DNA from: the human T2T-CHM13v2.0 reference genome, Homo sapiens
Length of the DNA: 64,000 nucleotides
Assembly (NCBI RefSeq): GCF_009914755.1
Contig: NC_060929.1
Strand: one strand, 5' to 3'
The number at the start of each line of letters is the position of its first letter. The stretch's first letter is position 1. The notes below the pieces were generated by a model that was given only the letters and a program-made list of their open reading frames with translations, was not told the DNA's origin and did no database searches. Position numbers and translations under genes: made by a program. Positions 55,002-64,000 of the stretch are shown piece after piece.

Positions 55002-55954
55002 CTACAATAGGAATTAAAAAGGTTACTTAATACAGCATATTAACACTCCCCCCCACCCACCCACCCCCGCAAGAAAAGAACACATGAGGGTTAGCTCCTT
55101 TAGTAATCAAACCACCTTCCCTATTCCTCATAATTAAGAGCACAGACCACCATCTTAGCCTAGAGGCATCTGGCACCTGCCTAATGGGAAGGAGGGGTGC
55201 ATTCCTTCATATCACGGGGGTCAGGCTTTCTACCAGGGGGCTTCCTTCCCCTGGGAACCACAGCCTTCAAGGTGATATCTCACTAACAATCGTGAGTATT
55301 TCCATACTACTATCAGGTAGAAGACATAAAGAAGAATGCCTTCAGTGGATTTTCTGACCACTGAAAAATCTATTTTGATACAATGTCCTAAAGACAGTTC
55401 CCCATCACTCCAACTCTAAACTCAACCCAGCATCTGAAGTCCTTCAAAATAAGTGTAATCTACGTTTTCAGTCTCATTACCCACTCCTACCCTATCCTAT
55501 CTACTCATTGGGCCCTGCTCCAAAACTGCCTGGCACTCTCTGAAAGAGGCATCACTTAAGACACTCAGTGTGCCTCTTCAGGCCAAGCTCCCTGCCACCC
55601 TAGAGCCTTCCACTCTCTCGCATACAATGAGCCACACTGAAAATCTACTCACCCCTCAAGGCCTAGCAAAAATGTTATCTTCTTTATGAAGCCCTGCCCG
55701 ATGCCCCTCATCAAAATTAATACTTCTCCCTCAGTGCACAGATCACACTTTATTTAGACTTTAATTATATGATGAAGTCATATCCCACAGGCTGTTATTT
55801 TCTCATGTTCACATACAAGGCTGAAATGACCAAGAAGGTGGCCCACGGAAAACCTCCTCCTGTGTCTCAGTGAAGCCAATGGAGCACCCTCTCTCAGTAC
55901 TAATGTGCTTCTCTCACTGCCCCGTTGGTTGAGCACAGACATGACATGAAGTGA

Positions 55955-56830
55955 TTTAGGTTTTCAACAGGCCACACTGGCTGCTGTGTAGACACTGAGT
56001 GCAGGACAGAGAAGCACTGTGGAGAGGCTGCAGCAGATGCAAGGAGACTTTCCTGCATGGGAGGCTTAGGCTGGGGAGGTCACAGTGGAGAGGAGGGAAA
56101 CAGTCACATTTGGGATGCATTTTGGAGACACAGCTGAAAATAAGTATTGATAGCTGGCGCTGGGATTTGGAAGCTAAGTGAAAGAAAAGAATGAAGGTCA
56201 ATGGCTAGGCTTTAGCTTAAGTAGCTTGTGAGGAGTGGTGCCGTTTACTGTGGAGGGGAGGACCAAAAGGAAAGCAGGTTTTGGGGAAAAGCAAGAGGTG
56301 CATTTTGGACATGTTAACTTCAAAGTGCCCATCAAATATCCAAATGGAGAGATCCAGTAGAGTGCTACATATTAACCTACTGCTCATGGGCTAGGACACA
56401 GTTGCTAATGAATCTTTAGGGTTAGTCAATGTTAGACAGAATTTCAGGTGATGAATTATATGACACCACTTGAGAGGATGCAGCCAGAGGGAAAAAAAGT
56501 TCCCAGGAACGAACCCAGGGAGTGCCGAAGTTGAGAAGTCAAGCAGGAGGGAAGCCAGAAAAGAAGACCTGGCCAGGGAGGTAGGAGGAAAACGAAGCCA
56601 GTATGCTGTCCTCAAGGACAGCATGGTATCCTCCAGCCATAGGGAAGAATGTGTTTCAAGAGAGAAGTGGTAAGCCATGCCCAATGTTGCTTAGATTCAA
56701 GTCAGATGAGAACAGACCACTAATTCAGTCCTGTGAAGTCACTGAGGCCCTTGATAGGCTATCTGTGAAGTGGTGGAGACAAACCTGCATGGGAGTACAG
56801 TAGGCTGGAGAAATGATAAGTTGTATGGAA
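55955..56830 (+). mobile_element. L2 fragment
   Basis: cactggctgctgtgtaga, ttttggacatgttaacttcaaagtgcc motifs. Confidence 0.65.
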
Positions 56831-56835
56831 TTGTA

Positions 56836-57440
56836 CAACAGCCCTCCCATACCCATGGTTTCACCTTCCACTGTTTCAGTTACCCCTGGCCAACCACAAT
56901 CTAAAAATATTAAGTGGAAAATTTCAGAAATAAACAAGTCATAAGTTTTAAATTGCATGCTGTTCTTCAACATATGGTAAAATCCTGTGCTGTCCCACCC
57001 TATTCCACCTGGGATAATCCCTTTTTCTAGTATCTCTATGCTGTCACTTAGTAGCCATGTGGGCTACCAGATCGATTGTCATAGTATCTCAGTGCCTATG
57101 TTCAAGTCATCCTTATTTTACTTAATAATGGTCGCAAAGCACAAGAGTCATGATGCTGGCATACTGTTATTTATTTACTTTTTACTTTTATTTTAGGTTC
57201 AGGGGTACCTGTGCAGGTTTGTTACATAGGTAAGCTGCATATCATGGGGTTTGGTGTACAGACAGCATGTTGTTATAACTATTCTATTATTGTTGCTGTT
57301 AATCTCTTACTGTGTGTAACTTATAACTTAAACTTCATAATAGGTACGTATGTGTAGGAAAAAACATAGTACATAAAGGGTTATGTACTATCGTTGGTTT
57401 TATGCACTCACTAGAGGTGTTGGAAGGATGGGGAGGGATG
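56836..57440. mobile_element. MER44/Tigger7-like DNA transposon with a short L1 3'-end insertion (~57165-57265)
   Basis: aaaatattaagtggaaaatttcagaaataaacaa..ttattttacttaataatgg..gatgctggca; inserted gtgcaggtttgttacataggtaa L1 motif. Confidence 0.75.
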
Positions 57441-58345
57441 ACTAAATATGAAAAAAACCTTAATGTCTATTTCAAGGCTGGCTGCTGAAAGAGAAAATAT
57501 GAGTTTGGGGATGTACAAGGGGAGAAAAACCAAAGGGATGCACTGAGGAGGGAAGGAGGACACGCAGAGCCCATGGGGCCTGAGCAAAGACAGCAAAGGG
57601 CAGGCTTGGGCATGAGCAGAAGCTGGCCTCACTAACTACAGGGGCTTTCTTAAATCTCTCTGACACCAACCCACATCTCCCCAAATAATTCAACAGCTGC
57701 CTGTCGAGTCTCAACCCATCTGGCTTTCAAGGCCATTCTTTATCTAGTTTCATCATACCCACCCCTCTTTTATCAACTAGCAACTTTCAAGTCCATGTTG
57801 ATCAACCTGCACAACTGTACCATGCACACACCATCCCCTCTCCCTTCCCTGCTACCTCTCCCAAACTGCACTCATTCCTACAGTCAACTGGGAGGCCGAC
57901 CCTAAGTACTGGAGCTGCCAGGGGTGCGGGCTAACTCCCACCATCCCACCCTCATTTCCATAAAACTTCAACACTTATCACTTCATTTACAACAAAATTA
58001 GATCATATCTGTATTATTCTGTTTCATGTGTGCCAGTTTAATTTCCATATTTAAAGTATCCCTATAGTTTCCATATATAGTAGAAAATTTAAAATATTTG
58101 TAAATTATTCTTAGCTACAAAATCATCTACTTAGAAATTTAAGCACAACTGCTATCATTTCACTTATCGCATTAGTAAGTTTATTCTTCTACCCTACTAT
58201 TCCTCCACATTTTGGAATTTTACAGGAAATAAAAGGTAATAGGAAAAATCTGCTAGGTTGTGAACAATGAATAAGTGATTCTGAACCCTCCTTTCAATTT
58301 ATGGCCTTTAATTTATGTGAAAACATCACTCTGGAAAGCAATTAC

Positions 58346-58728
58346 AGGTTAAGCAACCATAACCCAAAATCCAAAGTGTTCCAAAATTTGAAACTCTTCA
58401 GTGTCAATATGATGGCACAAGTGGAAAGTTCCACACCTGACCTTATGTGACAGCTTGCAATCATAACTTTGTCTATACAAAAGTATTAATAATATTGTAT
58501 AAAATTACCTTCAGGCTATGTGAGTCTAAACCCATCTGGTTTTCAAGGCGATTTCAAGGCCATCTTATATATATTTCTTATGTATGAGATATATATGAAA
58601 TATAAATGAATTTCAGTTAGAATTGGGTCCTATCCCCAAGATATCTCACTATATGCAAGTATTCCAAAATCCAAAAATAATCTGAAACACTGCTGGTCCC
58701 AAGCATTTCAGATAAAGGATACTCAACT
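58346..58728. mobile_element. Tigger4a/MER46-like DNA transposon
   Basis: ta-caggttaagca ... ggatactcaactg-ta terminal inverted repeats with TA flanks. Confidence 0.8.
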
Positions 58729-58841
58729 GTAATAGCCAATAATGGGAAATGAAAAAAAGAGAGAGAGAAAGAGAAAATACATTCATGTCTAGCTGACAAA
58801 TTCATAATCTCATAATTTAGTTTAAAAAAAAAAAAAGGGCA

Positions 58842-59121
58842 GGCCAGGTGTGGCTCATGCCTGTAATCCTTTGGGAGACTGAGGTGGGAGACAGCTTAGG
58901 CCAGACGTTCAAGACCAGCCTAGGCAACAAAGTAAGACCTTGTCTGTACAAAAAATTTTAAAAATGAGCTGGGTGTGGTGGCACGTGCCTGTAGTCTCAG
59001 CTACTCTGGAGGCTGAGGTAGGAGGATCACTTGAGCCTGGGAGGTCAAAGCTGCGGTGAGTTATGATTGTACCATTGCACTCCAGCCTGGATGACAGTGG
59101 GAGACCATGTCTCAAAAAAAA
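58842..59121 (+). mobile_element. Alu (J-like)
   Basis: Full dimer with small deletions. Confidence 0.93.
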
Positions 59122-60742
59122 AGTAGTAGGTCCTAAGACAAACTTTTCTTATTTTTACCAAATATATGCTAGACTTTAAAGGACTTTTTTGTCGCTACTC
59201 CACTAGCCAAGAGTGACTCAAAAGTTCCACAGTGGAGTATGACACATTATATTAACAAAAAAAATTTTCAAAACTTTTCAATACTGAGATTTTGCTTTCT
59301 GTCAAATACACCAGAACTTCAAAAGCATCTGCCATCATTCTTGGAGAAAACATCAAGGAATAGAGGCATGATTTAATGGTAAGACAATGTTAACTCCTAA
59401 GTCCTCCTGCAATTTCAAGAAACCTATTAAGCTGCTGTCCTGGTAAGGATAGAAATAAGAAAGAAATAGTGAGTTTTAAGAAATAAATTCTTTTTCATGA
59501 GCCAGTAAAATAAAAATGCATTTTCTGTGGCACAGGCTTTATCTTCTTCCTAATAGTGCAAAGTACTATACAGAAAAATCTTCACATGGAAAGCAAGAAA
59601 CTGGGGACAAAGGAGCTGGGGACAAACCATATTTGGATGTCTAATGCATTTTTAAAGAATAATAAGACATTTAGTCAAACATGACAATAAGTCATATTTA
59701 GTATATGCTTGAAGTCATATACTATTTTAACTGAAGTCATATTGGCATAAGTTTTACCTTAATTTCTTTTATAAACTTTCATGGAGACAAAAACTACATC
59801 TAAGGTTTTAATAACCACAAAGTTGGATTATTATTCATTTTGTTGAAATACAAGGTCATGGTTCTAAACAGATTTATTCAACAGAGAGTCTGCCATTTAT
59901 TAAATAATTTGCCCAAATCCAACATATGTTTTTCTGTATCTACATTATGACTAAACTCTGGCAATAAGCCATAAATAAGAATGGGGATTAAATACCACTT
60001 TAGTTTATTATTATACTCTACAATTCCTAAGCCAACGGTTTATCTGGAAAAATGGGAAGAGTGGGCTGCTAGTCCTCACAGCAGTAGCAAATCTTTTGTT
60101 CCTTCTTTCATTGTTTAGACTTTCTTTAATCACCCTCTTTATAAATACTAGCAGGATCCAAGATGAGATGTTTACTGAGCAGTAAACACTCCATTTGTTT
60201 TTAAGAAGTGAATCAACAGAGGCATTATGAAATCTAGATTAACTGTAACATTTATACAGCACATTTTGTCTGAGGAATTCAATGCACTTTATAAAACACA
60301 ACCGTCTCCCTGTAACAGTAAGTACTGTAAGGTGCCATTCACTCCAAGGAAAGCCATCTTGGGATAGGCCAAATCCAGTGAGGGTACACAGAATCTTTCG
60401 CACTCTGGCATCCCAAGCCTCAAGCAGTGACTCACAGAGTAGGGCTAGAGGGTGCCTTGGAGGTCAGTGGGAACTTCTACCCAACTTAGGATTCCTTCAC
60501 CTCACTGCATCTGCCTGGACACTTGTAGGGAGGACAGGCCACAGACCCAGGAGATCTGAGATCCAGTAGATCTCAGATCTACTGGACTTGGGAATTTAAC
60601 TTGAAGCATTTAGGGTGATGGAATTTACATATATTTAATATATATTATTGTGCTTTTAATGCAAAATATACTTGCAACTGCCATTTCCTTAAATACAGAG
60701 ACATTAACAAATAGTCCATATGTGTCTCTGTTGGTCCGATAG

Positions 60743-61148
<406 letters not shown>

Positions 61149-63059
61149 TGATAATACGTCGATTACTTGAATCCACCAAATGCCTAATCCTTCAGACACC
61201 CTTTTTGTGCTAACAGTTCATCACAATTTGCATGAATGAATTAAATATAACTATTCAGCTCAGATTTAGATGGTTAAACAGTGACATTTTAAAAATTATG
61301 GGTGGCATATTTGCTTGAGATAACAGCATCATAAAAGTTAATTATTTTGTAGTTTTCATGGGCAGCCAGGCTATCAAGAATTATTTATTAATTTTAAGGC
61401 TTCATGCCTTTTTTGTAAACCCTAGCCCATCCCAACTGAGATTAAGAAAGATACTACCCAGCCATTTAAACTGCTGACCGTAACCCTTCTTGATCCCCCC
61501 GCTGCCCTATTTCTAGTCAATAAGTAAATAGCCTGGGATAAAAGTAGTGTGACGAATGGCATTCCTTCCTTTAATACTTATTTACTGAGTACCTGTTCTG
61601 TGAAAGGCACTAGTTACAAAGAACAGGGAGAAAAAACATGGGTAGGACCATAGCCCTTCAAAATCTTACAGTCCAGTAAAGAAAAATAGCCCCATAACAC
61701 AATTATGGGTGCACATAAGAACAAGAATACGTTCCATAAAACAAATACCAGCAGGATTTGAGCAGGATATTACAAGGTTACATGGGCACGACAGAGGAAG
61801 TTTTACAATGACGATCAGCACACGGGGAAGGGACAGGGTATGTTTGACAACCCAGGTAAGTAGCTCTGTCTTACTTGGGTCAGTCCCTGTGAGAAGCTGT
61901 GCCCAGCTGTGGACTGATAGCTGATAGCAGTCAACTAGCAGCAGATCCTGGCAGTCAAGGCCAAGAGGCTCTTTCTGAACAGACACTTGGGGTCAACTCT
62001 GCATCAGCAAAAAGATCATATTCAAGGAAAGAGGCTCTCAACACAAGCAGCAAAGGCCAAATGTCAAAGGACAAGAGAGATTATTTGTTTATTCTCTGTC
62101 AATAATATCATTTTCAAAATGGTAAATTCAAACATCACACAGTTTCTCAGGTATCATCCCTTCTGCCACGGTAAGAAAGCCACTACTTTGTAACAGAGCA
62201 AAAGAAAACATAAATCATGGGGTTCAAATGACATTATCAAAAGACAATTTACATACCAACAACTGCGGTAGGGGAAGATGAGACAAAGATGATTTAAACC
62301 CAGATTTTCATCATTGAAAAGTACATGTCTATGGTGTTCATGCAGCCATGTTAGAGGGCTATGGGTATATAGAATTCTACTTATTAAAATACAGACTTTA
62401 CAATGTAGCAGGGTAAAATAAAACCATGGTCACACCATCCCCGAGGGTGTGATTAAGGGCTGTTTTAATTCATTCTTTTCTGATCTTAGACTCTCACAGA
62501 ACATCATAGTGAGGTATATGGGCATATGATCATTTTCAAACAAGAATTTTAAAGCTCTGTCCTGCTTTTCTTTTTACCTCTTGATTGAAGAGGTTTGGTT
62601 TCTGATAACCTCAAAAGAGAACAACTCAAGGCAAGTCAATTTTTTAAAAACCTGATATATGAAGGAGATATTGGAAAAGGAAGCCGTGTCAGCCATTGCT
62701 GGCAATTTTTGTGGAGGCCAGTGGGCAGCTGAAGTAATTGCCTCGATTTTCTGTCACTTCCAGCCCAACTCTGCCCACCTTTAATCAATCTCAGTCTGGA
62801 TCCCCAGAATGATAAGCATAGCTATTCCACTTTCCAACTCCCCATCTTAAAAACAAAGCCACCCTCAAGCAGTTTCCTCTACTGGCTTTCCAAATAGAAC
62901 CTGCTGTACCTCACACACAAAGATAATCCTCCTTGCAAGCAACCCCAGAGCCTCATCAGCCATTAAGCATTTGCTTCCATTCAGTTGTCAAACTGTGTTA
63001 ATGAGTTTATACAGACCTAGGCCATTCCATTCCCAGATTCTTCAAAGGCCTCAAGACCA

Positions 63060-63865
63060 CACATAAATGAGAATATCAATATGGGAAGGTATCTCATAAA
63101 ACCAGGAAATTCAATAAGAAAAGCTAACGTACAAAACTTTCCAACTCGTTATATGAGGCCAGTATTACCATTATAATGAAACTAGACAAAACATCACGGG
63201 AAAAGAAAACTACAAACAAGTATCTCTTGTGAATACAGACACACAAATCTTAAGCAAAATACTACCAAACTGAATACAGCAGCACATGAGAAGAATGAGA
63301 CACCACAATCAAGTGGGAGGCATCCCAGGAAAGCCAGGTTGGCTTATCACCCCAAATCAATTAGAATAAAAGAATAAAATGACATGATTATGTTAATAGC
63401 TACAGAAAAAGCATGTGACAAAATTCAACACCATTTCATGATAAAAACACTCAGCAAACTAAGATTAGAAGAGACCTTCTTTACTCTGATAAAAAGCATC
63501 TATAAAAACCCAACAGCTAACATCTTCCTCAATAGTGAAAGACTGAATGCTTCCTACTGAGATTAGGAAGACAAAGATCTGCTCTCAATACTTCTATTCA
63601 GTATTGTACTGGAGGCTCTAGCTAGGGGAACTAAGTTAAGAAAATGAAATTAAAAGGATTACACGGGAAGAAGTAAAACTACTGCTATTTGTAGATGATA
63701 TTATTTCAAAAATAACAAAATCCTAAGGAATCCACTAAAAGACTATTAGACCTAATGAACAGGAGCAACAAGGTTGGAGGTCATAAAACCAATACACAAA
63801 AATTGACTGTATTTCCAAACACTTGCAATGAACAACCTGAAAATGAAATTCAGAAAATAATTCCA
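63060..63865 (+). mobile_element. Old L1 ORF2 (reverse transcriptase region) fragment
   Basis: gaggccagtattacc, gaaaaagcatgtgacaaaattcaacacc, ctatttgtagatgat (LF.DD) motifs. Confidence 0.85.
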
Positions 63866-64000
63866 GGCCGGGCGTGGTGGCTCACGCCTGTAATCCCAGC
63901 ACTTTGGGAGGCCAAGGCGGGCGGATCACAAGGTCAGGACATCAAGACCACCCTGGTTAACACAGTGAGACCCTGTCTCTACTAAAAATACAAAAAAATT
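63866..64000 (+). mobile_element. Alu left arm, cut by the window end, inserted in L1
   Basis: ggccgggcgtggtggctcacgcctgtaatcccagc. Confidence 0.93.

Overview
Primate (very likely human) genomic DNA. Positions ~18130-64000 hold the 3' part of DROSHA (RNASEN) on the minus strand. I read 13 GT-AG coding exons by hand; their phases join into one open frame covering roughly residues 961-1374 (RNase IIIa signature, RNase IIIb, dsRBD, C-terminal tail), followed by a ~0.9 kb 3' UTR. The next upstream exon is outside the window. Positions 1-18100 are repeat-rich downstream DNA. They contain a 5.1 kb two-LTR endogenous retrovirus inserted into an Alu, which is a mosaic of betaretroviral (HERV-K14/HML-1-like) ends and a gammaretroviral (HERV-W-like) core, and a MaLR (MST) element with a second LTR nested in it. 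The most testable new observations are several candidate stop-containing cryptic exons or splice sites in DROSHA introns, one directly behind a (UG)23 tract, and two local templated insertions inside old transposon remnants. Repeat family names come from recalled consensus sequences, not from a database search, and repeat boundaries are approximate.
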